Assembly: GCF_006345805.1 (NCBI RefSeq)
Contig: NC_043001.1
Span: 133,052,001-133,116,000, forward strand
From: Octopus sinensis
Taxonomy: Eukaryota
Length of the DNA stretch: 64,000 bases
Direction: 5' to 3'
Below the pieces are notes generated by a model. It saw only the letters and a program-made list of their open reading frames with translations, had not been told where the DNA came from and did no database searches. Each line of letters begins with the position of its first letter. Position 1 is the first letter of the stretch. Below are positions 52,528 to 64,000 of the stretch, one piece after another. A program made the position numbers and the translations under genes.

Positions 52528-52598
<71 letters not shown>

Positions 52599-52655
52599 TA
52601 TATTTACCAGAATTTTGTATGGTGTTATCCATAAAAATTTGCGGGGTGATTATAG

Positions 52656-53112
52656 TAAAAAATAAGCAACAAGAATGACTCCGGTAATTTGGTACAATTG
52701 TTTCGCACTACAACATTTTATTAAAAGTTGTAAGTATTACAGCAGATTTAAGATGTTGAGAGCTCTTCAGCCAATTATATAGGTTTTCCAGTAATACAAA
52801 AGCTTTCAAATCAAGTAGTAACATTTTAGAGAAGGTAGATATACAGATAAAGATGTAGAACTAAATTTTAGTGGCTAGACTTCACAACCTAATGTTCTTA
52901 AAATTTAATTCTACATATTTATCTGTATATCTACCTTCTCTAAAATGTTACTACTTGATTTGAAAGCTTTTGTATTACTGGAAAACCTATATAAATGGCT
53001 GAAGAGCTTTCAACATCTTAAATCTGCTGTAATACTTACAACTTTTAATAAAATGTTGTAGTGCGAAACAATTGTACCAAATTACCGGAGTCATTCTTGT
53101 TGCTTATTTTTA
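52656..53112. repeat. Long inverted repeat, ~213-bp arms, ~30-bp spacer
   Basis: Arms 52656-52870 and 52899-53112, few mismatches. Confidence 0.93.
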
Positions 53113-53114
53113 TA

Positions 53115-53172
<58 letters not shown>

Positions 53173-54108
53173 CAAGATATATGTCTCATTTATATCTATA
53201 TATTGACCAACCATAAAGGGCTAATATTGGTAAAATGAGACATGCTTATCTACATGCCCGAAACAGCTGTAAGATGTAATCTATATTTATATTTATATTT
53301 ACTTATATTTATATTCCTTTTATATATATTCTACTTATTATACAACATTACTCTTTTATGTACACTTTTTTATGTACATTCCTTTATGTACACTGTTTTG
53401 TTCTACATTATTATGTTTGACATTGAAGTTTCTTATGTGGTGGTTTAATAAAGTATGTGATTGGGTATTATCTGGTAATTGATATTTGATTTAGATTTAT
53501 TTCTCCATTTTCTTATCTTGTATTAGTAATTTGTGGTAAATCATTTTACTGTTGCCCATATGATACAGTAAATAAATTGATTGCATCGCAATCATTAACA
53601 TTTATGTATTAACTTTGTTGGGTACTTCACTAGCAGTATATTGGATACACGTTATCCCATAGAGGGTTGCATTTACAACCCCTATCTCAATTTGTATATA
53701 TATATATATATATAATCAGTATATGCCTTAACTTATTAAACAAAGTTCAACAACTTCATTCATATTTATGAAGTGAATGAGATTGGATGTTAAAACGGAT
53801 TTTAGTTTTTATTTTCACATTCCTATACCATTGTTTCTTACAAATGGACCGAGAAACTCATAAATAGAACATCGTAATGGTCAAATTTGTATTACTCAGT
53901 AGGTAATAGTTAAAGGAAAATAAAAAGACGTTTAAAATATACATAGCTTTTTATTTTAGTTATTATATTAAGGGCTTTATATATTCATTATTCCAGTCAC
54001 ACTTATTTGTAGAGCAAATTATGAAGGAAATACATTGGAAATCTAAGGAAAAAATTCCAATTAAAGGACGAACATGCATTCATCCGATAAAATATATATA
54101 ATATATAA

Positions 54109-54148
<40 letters not shown>

Positions 54149-54389
54149 CGGGAAGCTTTATGAAAATAAACAAAAGACGAAGGCAGGTGGAATACAAAGA
54201 AACAATTGTATTAGTATGGCGCTCAGGAATATAAATAAAACAAGTCTTTTACGTTTCGAGCCTACGCTCTTCAACAGAAAGATACACAGAACAGAAACAC
54301 GGAAAGAAACAAGGAGAGAAAAAAAATGCTTGCAGAAGCTAGCGAATCAACATGGCGATATATATATATGTATATATATATGTATATAC

Positions 54390-54473
<84 letters not shown>

Positions 54474-54475
54474 AC

Positions 54476-54507
<32 letters not shown>

Positions 54508-54575
54508 GTATGTATATATATATATGTATATATATATACATACATACATACATACACATATAATACATACATACA

Positions 54576-54611
<36 letters not shown>

Positions 54612-55006
54612 TATACCTATGTACTTACACGCATACACACACACACACACACACACACGAGCACACACATACACACAGTTGTCTCTAGATTTACACGGTT
54701 TCACTTTTGCTCGTTTGACTTGATTTTTCTTTTATTTTCTCGTTTTTTTTGTTTTTTTTTAACAATTTTATGTTTACTGAAACACAACTCCATCGTTTCC
54801 GTTTAGTTTTTTTTAATTTTACTTTTATTTCACTCCCCCCCCCCCCGATAACGACGTTAAACTCAAACTTACAATTAAATTTTTGAAATATTTTGTTGGA
54901 TCTTTCCATTGAATAATAAAGTTTCAAATGTCAAGGAATTCTATTTCACTAGAAATGAAAATTAATTAATTAATTTCAAAATGAAAACTCGATAGAAACT
55001 GAAACA

Positions 55007-55406
55007 ATCTTTATATATAAAAGTGAGGTTGTGTGCTGTCTGTCTCCTACGATTTAGATTCCTAACTACTCCCACATTTTGCGGTGCAGTTTAACCAAAA
55101 CCGGGTATCTTATAGTCGTGATTCATGTCGAGCCCTTCTGGGTATTAGCGCGCGTCTACGATGAGTCTACGATTTAAAAAATAATTTACCATCATTTTTT
55201 CCATTTTAATGCATTTTTTCGATATTATATAAGGGAAGTAACTCTCTAAAAATGTCTACGATGAGTCAACGATTTAAAAAAAAATTACCATCATTTTTTT
55301 TCCATTTTTAATGCATTTTTTTGCTATTTTTTGGCTATAACTCTCTAAAAATGCTTATATATTTATTTCCCTTACAAACCCGAGCAACGCCGGGCGATAC
55401 TGCTAG
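55007..55406 (+). mobile_element. Non-autonomous Helitron H1
   Basis: TC...hairpin...CTAG. Confidence 0.82.
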
Positions 55407-55547
55407 TTTAATATAAATGAAAGAATTATCAGATCAATTAAAATAAGCATAGAAAAAAAATGAGAACCGGTATAATAGCTGGATCTTCTATAACTCTAAA
55501 ACACACACGACGCATACGTGGCAACATTATTGAAATAATGGAGTAAG

Positions 55548-56000
55548 ATGGCGAGCCGACAGAATCGTTATCACGTCGAACAATATGTTTCAATGCATTT
55601 ATTCGGGCTTCACGGTCTGAGTTCGAATTCTGCTGAGTTCGATTTTGCCTTTCATCGTTTCGAAGTCGATAAATAAATACCTATTTCTTTATTACCCACA
55701 AGGGGCTAAACACAGAGGGGACAAACAAGGACAGACATAGGTATTAAGTCGATTACATCGACCCCTGTGCGTAACTGGTACTTTATTTATCGACCCCGAG
55801 AGGATGAAAGGCAAAGTCGACCCCGGCGGAATTTGAAGTCAGAACGTAACGACAGACGAAATACCGCTAAGCATTTCGTCCGGCGCGCTAACGCTTCTGC
55901 CAGCTCGCCGCCTTTAAATAAATACCAGTTGAGCACTGGGGTCGCCATAATCGAATAGCCCCATTTCCCAAATTTCAGGCCTTGTATCTATCTTATAAAG
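55548..56000. mobile_element. Old + strand SINE C interrupted by a young - strand SINE C (55681-55913)
   Basis: TSD taaataaatacc. Confidence 0.85.
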
Positions 56001-56071
56001 AATTATGTTGAATAAAAAATAGTACCCAATATCACAACAGTACTCGTAACACGTATGCTTGTATGTAGATA

Positions 56072-56640
56072 CAGGAGGTCCCAAAAGTCATTGATGATAC
56101 TTTGATAGGTTTCGGCCATTATTGGCCCAGGCCATGTCTAACTTAATAGCACCACCTGGATGAGTTTTAATTTTTAATAACTTCTTTAACTGTACAAATA
56201 AATGCAGGAAAATTTGATACAATATAAAGGACATAATAAAAATTAATGTGCACAAGTCAAATTTTGCAACACCACTACATCACATATGAAAAATGACATC
56301 GCTTAAATGGCAGCCATTTTCAGCTTCGCTCGCCCGTGCTCTTTCCAAAATTTGCACCATAACACTCTCAAGAGTTTCATACTCCGCTTTCCTGATTTCT
56401 CTATTGATGTTTTTCTTTAGTTGCACCAGGGTCCCCGGTTTGTTGACGTAAACCCTCTCTTTCAAGTATCACCACGAAAAAGTCCGGGTTAGTCCAAGTC
56501 TGAGGAACGTGAAAGCCAGTTGATATTGCCGTAGCGGGGGATTATTCTCTCTCCAAAGCACTGCCGTTGCAACTGCATTGTTTCTCTTGCGGTATGAGCA
56601 GTTGCCCCATCTTGCTGGAACCATGTATGAGGTCTACTTT
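56072..56640 (-). mobile_element. Tc1/mariner-superfamily transposase relic (WFQQDGATAH type)
   Basis: Reverse translation WFQQDGATAHTARET...NWLSRSSDL...LKERVYVNKP; TA+CAGG terminus at 56070. Confidence 0.8.
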
Positions 56641-56899
56641 GAATGGCCTTCACGTTCCCCGGTCAGTTGTTTCAATCTTGCATTCGGTCACAATCTTTCA
56701 CACAATCCTTAAAATGCAATTTTGGCTTATGCTCTGATCCCATACGAATACCAGTTCGCCATAAAGGATTCGTTTTGGAATTCTACTGTCATCTAGTCGC
56801 ATACGATGGCCTATCTAACGGAGTCTATGTTTACGGAAGCGAACTCCAATGCTTAGTACTTCAGAATCAGGCATATACATACATACATACATACATTGT

Positions 56900-57284
56900 T
56901 GGAAGCACTCCGTCGGTTACGACGATGAGGGTTCCGGTTGATCCGATCAACGGAACAGCCTGCACGTGAAATTAACGTGTAAGTGGCTGAGCACTCCACA
57001 GACACGTGTACCCTTAACGTAGTTCTCGGGGATATTCAGCGTGACACAGAGAGTGACAAGGCCGGCCCCTTGAAATACAGGTACAACAGAAACAGGAAGT
57101 AAGAGTGAGAGAAAGTTGTGGTGAAAGAGTACAGCAGGGATCACCACCATCCCCTGCCGGAGCCTCGTGGAACTTTTAGGTGTTTTCACTCAATAAACAC
57201 TCACAACGCCCGGTCTGGGAATCGAAACCGCGATCCTATGACCGCGAGTCCGCTGCTCTAACCACTGGGCCATTGCGCCTCCAC
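56900..57284 (-). mobile_element. SINE family A
   Basis: Full reverse copy 300 bp upstream of the giant exon. Confidence 0.92.
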
Positions 57285-57285
57285 T

Positions 57286-57520
57286 ATACATACGTACATA
57301 CATACATACATACATACATTTATACATACATACATACATACATACATACATACATACATACATACATACACACTCGCACACAGACACATACATACATGCA
57401 TACATACATACACATACATACACACATACATACATACATACATACATACATACATACATACATACATACATACATACATACATACATACATACATACATA
57501 CATACATACATACATACATG
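57286..57520. repeat. (TACA)n microsatellite next to the splice acceptor
   Basis: Direct reading. Confidence 0.95.
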
Positions 57521-57584
57521 CAAAATCGTAATATAAACCATCGTATTTTTTTATGACTAAAATCTTGCTTCGATTGATTTGCAG

Positions 57585-60500
57585 GCGGAGATGGAAAAAA
57601 CTGGAATAAATCAGCATTTAACAAGGATTCAAAAGACTTCAATAGTGCCACACAAGATTATATCCCTCATGATCTAAATTATCGGACAAAAATATTCCAA
57701 GGGTCTCAGAGCAAGAAAGACAGCCATAAATCAACGAAGAGAACGTTCTTCGAAAATCCAGCCTCAAATCATGCAGAAAGCGCTGATAGTTCACAAGAAT
57801 TTAACAGAAGACGTTATTTTAATACAATGAGTTCTTTGCGAAATACTAGAAGGAATAATAGAGATAAACAAATGGTGAATGGGAAAAATTCGACAGAGAA
57901 AAACGTTGGTCGGCAAGAGCCAAATGCAAAGAACTATAAAAGACCTATGAAAATGATGACCTTAAACAAAAACGGTCGGTTGAATATGCGCAATAAGAAG
58001 ACTGACATCCTGCAAGTGTACAGGCAACTACTTATAAAAACTGGACAAATGGAAAAATTTAGAAAGTTAGGAAAAGTTAAGCAACGTCAGTTTATTCGAC
58101 GTTTAATGCTTAAAAACCGCAAGATGGCTAAATTAAAAACTCAAAATGAAATGAACCATATTCATCAGAAAAGTCGAGTACCGGAGCTAAATCAAGATAC
58201 TGAGACAAGTCATGTAACTGGGCTGAGTCATGTATCTGAAAAAGCAACAACTGAAAGTTCAAACAGATTCTCAAATACTCCAACTTCTAGGAATACCACG
58301 TTGTTGAATGTTTGGACAGATGGAATGCACAATGACAAACATGTTTCTTTAAAGAATGAACCCAGTTATCGAAACACATCTCCTCCTCTAAAATCTTATA
58401 AAAAAGATCATAGATATTCGCCAGAAGAAAATCAAAGATCACAGAAACATAAAAAGGAACAAGTTATGCAGAAAAAATTCGATAATTTTCAACGTGAGAA
58501 AGGAAAAAATAGAAAACCATTTCCTGTCATGACTTCTCCGAATATGATAGATTCCGGAACACGTCAACCAAATGCATTTATGTTTAATCAAAATGGCGAT
58601 GTCGTCCATTACAGAGGCTCTTCTTATCAAACGATTTATCCTGAATTTGAACAACAAAGATCATTTTCCTTCAAAAAGAAGCTGCCATATCTAAGAGATA
58701 TTCCTAACACATCACAACCTGATATTAAGACTAAAAAAGAAGAGGAAATTTCGTCTGAAAACAAAATAGACGATGAAAATAATGCGAAAAAAAGACGAGA
58801 TGAAAACGCAGACAACGAAGATGATGTAGATAACGAAACAAAGATATCATCTGCAGAAGATAAAGACAAGTATGATTCTCATCAGCAGACTCAAACCCGA
58901 CTCCCTGCCACCTTTACAATACGAGCTAAAAATTACAATGATATGAATCCAAGCTTTCGGACACCTCGATACGATTTTGCTCAACAATTTAATCGGCGCC
59001 AAAAGAAAAAACGTTTAATTCAAAGAGGAAAAATTAATTTACCTTCAAATAAACGTCCTCTTAAAACTTTTAGAAATCAGTTCAGAGTAAATCGAAGACA
59101 AAACCGTTATGGCATGCTCAGAGAAACACCACCTTGGTCTAATTTCCGTGCAAATATTGGTCAACCTTCTCAGTTTGTCATGATTTCAAGCGACCGTAGA
59201 AAAGATATGCCAATTCCAAGAAAGGAAGATCAAGATTCCTCGGAAGACACTTCAGAAAGTGAACAAAGTCAATTTTCCCCTCCTTACTATCACACGTTGT
59301 CCCCGGGTCTAAATTCAATGGATATTGCTGGGGGGTTTCAATATAACTATCATCCTTATGCTGGTAACGATCAACTAGATCAACAAGGCAAAGTGGATTA
59401 TTATCAACAATATCCCATTACTCATGTTGAGGACAATAACGAAGATAGCTCTGATGAAAACACTTCTATAGAGCAGGAGCAAGGAGACGAGGCGGATTAC
59501 CAAGAACCACCTTCATATGTAGGCATGCACGGGTCAGATGTTGCCCTTGATACAGGCAGAGTAAATGAAGTTAACCATTTTTACGGTGAAAGTACGATTG
59601 TACCTTTAGGTCAGTTGAAGCATGATCAAGATGATGACGAACAGGATGACAATATCAACTCCTCAGAGAACGCAGTGGAAGAAACATCGGAAGAGCAAGA
59701 TAATCAAAAACGACTGCCGGAAAATATCCACAAAAATCGTGATTCACCTGATACTCTCCTAATCGTACTTGATAATGACTCAAAGACAAAGAAAAATAAT
59801 GATAATGAAGAACATAATCAATTCAAACAATCCTCTACCGAAGATTTTACCGAAGGCAAAAAAGCTAGTCCAATAATGAAGGCCGATCACTCATTATCAA
59901 ATGGAATATTAGTTATACTAGATAATGATGGAGAAAAACCAACAAGCACAATAAAACCCACTCCAGCAATAGAGAAAAGTAAACAATTTCCTGAAGTTAA
60001 ACCTAAGCAATCTGCAAAGCCAATTAAGATAAACGTTAGAAGTAATTCTAGTTCTCTTGAGATGTCTAACAAATACTCGTATTCATTTCTAAACGAGACC
60101 TCAAATAAACATTCATATAAACCTCTGAATATCACAAAAAGCAATGAATCATCAAACAACAAGAGTAACAATTTCACCAAAACTATGACTTCTATTAATG
60201 ATATTTCCTTTAGTTTAAATAGTTCTGATCAGAGTCAACGACCATCTTTTAGTGTAAACAGTTCTAATCAACTTCACAGGACATCTTTCAAGCCCCTGCG
60301 GCCATCAAGTGAAAAGAAAAATTCTTTGAATAATCTTTTGATTGAATTAGGAACTAAAGATAACATATTCAACATCCGAACGCCCAGTAGAGGAACTAGC
60401 CAACGTGTTGGAGATTACCATAAAGGAATATCGGAAAGCAAGTCACTAAGAAAAGATCAACGTTTCCGACTTGTAAAGAAATCACGCCCTGTTACAAACC

Positions 60501-63500
60501 GTTACAAAAGCAATGGGCGTAAAATAAAAAAGAAATTTAGGTACAAAAACATGGGCCACCCTTTCAAAAACGTTCGTCGCACTGGGAATAGTAACATTTC
60601 TATGAGGAAAAGATTTAGGAAATTATACCCAAATATTCACTTCCAAGCTGATACTGAACTGTTTGGTAACCGTGTTAGAGAAGTCGTAGAGATTCCTGAC
60701 ATTGATTGGACATTAAAGGGATCAACTTTGGAAGGTGATAGCATTAATTTATTGAAGAAATCAAAATCAACTGAAAATAGAACCATAACCTCCGGTCATT
60801 TACCTCAAGATCATTCAGAAAGATTACCTCAAAATAATAATGTAATCCGGGGTATACATTCTAAACATCATGCCATCAACACAGATACATCAGATTCCCA
60901 GAAAACCGATTCCCAGTCCATTGAAGATGACAACAGATACCGGAAAATATCCTTGGAGTATCCAAAAGATGCTGACGAGTACAGACTTGATCACTTACAT
61001 GGAATTCCGAACGTGTTCACTGTGGTGTCAAGTACGAAAGATGATGATGACGATGATTCTGCTGAATATAGTCAGTCGGATCATAACCTAGTGATCAACA
61101 CGATTAAGTATAAATCGCCCAATATAGATATGCATCACATTGATTCTTTAAATCCTGTCTATTTAAATACCTTAAAAGATATTCGAAACTTTGTAGATAC
61201 ACACAGCGAAGATAAAGATGATTTCAATGAAGGAGTAGATGAAGAAAGAGAAGAAGTGCAAGAAAATATGGAATACTCAAATAAACAGCCAGCATTTCAT
61301 CCACTTTTGGTGAGAGGCAGAGAAGATCCATATAAGACCGTATCTAATATTCAGTTAAATAATGAAAAGATGTCCCCTGTTTACAGGGAAATAAGCGGCT
61401 CACAAGAAGAATTTCCCGATATTGAGAGAGATCATGTTATTGGCGATTATCATTATCCAAAATTCGATCAATTGAAAACAAAGGTACAACTTCCCACTGA
61501 ACTATACCAAGATAAACTATACGGAATCGATTCAGATGACGAAAATGAAGAATTGCCGCTGATGTACAGAGATATAATGTACAAGAAGCGCCTATCCAAA
61601 CACGACAATAATAGAATGCCGCATGATAATGACAATACATTTTCTACATCGGAAAGAGTAAACACAATGAACACAAATAAGCAAAATAGTCTGAACAATT
61701 TCTATGTGCTGGGCAATAAACCAAGTAAATTAAACCATACAGTTGGTGATTTCCACAACAATAGTAGAATAAAAGTCAACCACCCACTAATGTCATACAA
61801 TTCAATAAGTGCTCTCTATGGACAATCTCCATTAAACCCTGACGAAACATATGATTCAGTCGAAGATAGCAACTTGGACTCCACTAGTATGGCGGATGAA
61901 TTAAACTATCGCAATAAAAAACGGAAGTTGATTTCTTCAAGTTCACACAGTTTGCATAATAAAATACTTGTTACAGGCGCTGAAACGCCTGGATTATTAG
62001 GTCCAACGGAAAGTGAACGGAAATCAAACGAGAATCGTCTGAAAAATACTTTGAAAAAGAAAACTTCCAGCCTTTTTAAGAGTCATCTACGTAACCGTGA
62101 TAAGCATTCAGACGATTCTTCCATCCGCTCTATAGAAGGGGTTCGATCTGACCAAGAATTTTATAGAACTTCGTCTGGCAGAAGAAATCAGATACTTGGG
62201 CAAAGCCAAGGGCGAGAAAATCGGGAAATCTATTTGCCCAGAGATTTTCATAGCTCCGAAACGATATGGAGAAACGGAAAAAGCCCTTTACGTGGGCTAG
62301 AGGCTCAAGATATACCTCGTCAGTATTGGCGAATTTATCAACTTTTAAAGAAAGGAAATTTACCAGAAAAATACAGATCATTATATTATCACTTTAAAGA
62401 CGAAATGGATAAAATTGCCAATAAATCTTCGCAGGGTAATATCTATAAAACCAATACTCATAATAACCTTTCAGATCCAAATGAAACCTTGAATAAATTT
62501 GATATAAAATTAACCAATAGATCTGGTAGTTCTCCATTGTGGAACAACAAAAATGAAGTAGATATTCTTAAGAGGAATGAGTATGAGAAGAAAACAGATG
62601 AGGAAAATACCGATATTGGTCTAGCAATGCAAAAGGGCCAAAAGAAATTGAGTGTAGTTGATGTTCATGATGACACACAAGTTGCCTTAGAAGGAGTTTA
62701 TCTGAAAGGTGGTTTAGACTCTAATAATAAGGATTTGGGGACACCAGAATTTGGTGGTCGGCCATTGGAAGATGAAAATATTTCTGGAGATTTTGGAAAC
62801 AATACATTTGAGGAAAATAATAAAAACTGGAAGGATACAAGTTTCGATATCGGCATTTCAAATCCAAAGTGGAACGATACATTAGCTTATGAAGAATCCA
62901 GGATGAAGGAGAAAACTGCATTTCTGAATAAGGACTACAATATGAATAGCATGGATTACCAAAAACTGCACAAAAACGTTTCTGATTATGAAATAGCAAA
63001 AGGCTATAAGAGCGAAAACAGTTATCCATTAGTTGATGAACAATTGCGTAAAACACAATATAAAAATTACTACGATGAAAATAGTCCTGGACTCTTTGAG
63101 AATGGAGTTCATTTTGGGGTTCATGGCAAAGCCGATAAAGGCCAGCAGAGACACGATATAAATACAAATCCTCGAGGATCAAACAACAAAGTTCTCGGTC
63201 CTAATGATCAACAGAGTATACAGTATCCCACAGAAAACGGAAGTCCACTCACTGATATTATTGAGAATCATCAATATGAAAACGTATATAATTATCATGG
63301 GAGTATATATGACCCATATGATTACCTAGGGGAAGTGGATATCAGCCAGCTGGACCCAGTTGAAAAGGCTTTTCAAATACCTTACAACAGTGTTCCAGAG
63401 AACACACTCACTAAATTTGATAATCAAGGAAATCCTTTAGAACCTTCAGATTTAACAAACACAAATTTACAAAAAAATAGGTTAATGAAAGACAATTCAA

Positions 63501-64000
63501 ATTTATTAACCCAGTATGGTGATGAAATGAATTTAAACGGTCGGGTAAGGCCAGAAAAACAGACCCCTAATGTCGATAAAGATACAGAGAAGTTCAAGAG
63601 CATGAGTAGAAACATAAACATAGATAAACCAGGAATCTTTGGTAGTGATTTTCAAAAGAAATCTGATCAAGTTGTATTAGATAAATATTTATCACATGAT
63701 GTATTTAAAAAAGTATACAAAAGTCAAGGGGAAGGTAAACGCTTACACGAAAGCCATGAGGTAAGAAAACACTCGCAAGACAGCAATGGGGAAAGACAAC
63801 TCTTGCAAGACAGCAATGGGGAAAGACAACTCTTGCAAGACAGCAATGGGGAAGAAAATATTTGCCAGACAGCCATGGGGAAAGAAAACACTTGCAAGAT
63901 AGCAATGGGGAAAGAAAATACGCACACGACAATCATAGAGAAAGAAAGCAAGGACAAGGTAGCCATGAAGAGAAAAAATATTCACATGGTAATTTTGGGG
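57585..64000 (+). CDS. Giant coding exon (>6.4 kb, >2100 codons, runs off the window) of an uncharacterised low-complexity N/K/S/D/E-rich protein
   Basis: Acceptor tttgcag|GC at 57584/5 with an in-frame TGA just upstream (57575). Codons starting at 57587 (GDGKNWNKSAFNKDS...) read without a stop to 64000. No repeats or microsatellites in 6.4 kb, unlike the flanks. Confidence 0.93.
63719..64000 (+). repeat. Coding 30-nt tandem repeat (DSNGERQLLQ-like decapeptide, >=9 units)
   Basis: Units at 63719, 63749, 63779, 63809, 63839 (29 nt), 63868, 63898, 63928, 63958. Confidence 0.9.

Noticed and set aside
57591-57677. ATG at 57591 as the start of the long ORF
   Set aside because: It is out of frame and stops after ~28 codons. 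The first in-frame ATG (57827) is not followed by a signal peptide, and the frame is already open from the acceptor.
58439-63985. Minus-strand and alternative-frame ORFs over the giant exon
   Set aside because: They are short shadows of the long + strand frame.

Overview
AT-rich, repeat-saturated eukaryotic (animal) genomic DNA. The SINE families and microsatellite style point to an octopus or other coleoid cephalopod; this is recognition, not a search result. One protein-coding gene is visible on the + strand, and its main exon is absent from the ORF track because that frame has no stop before the window ends. It has a signal-peptide exon at 17035-17089 (MKIQIFLLFIQATILPFSG, phase-1 GTGAGT donor), a ~40.5 kb intron, and a giant exon from 57585 to beyond 64000. 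I read that exon codon by codon as open for >2100 codons. It encodes a Cys-free, charge-blocked, probably disordered secreted protein that ends in a 10-aa tandem repeat with an apparent 1-nt frame slip at ~63853. An intron-containing tRNA-Ile(TAT) at 36223-36337 (-) sits, together with an abutting SINE, between two consecutive codons of a decayed RTE LINE. The rest is three tRNA-derived SINE families, RTE, CR1-like and R4-like LINE relics, non-autonomous Helitrons, hAT/Merlin-like/pogo/piggyBac/mariner MITEs, Penelope-like inverted repeats with degenerate hammerhead motifs, foldback palindromes and microsatellites. Nearly all ORFs in the supplied track are repeat artefacts.
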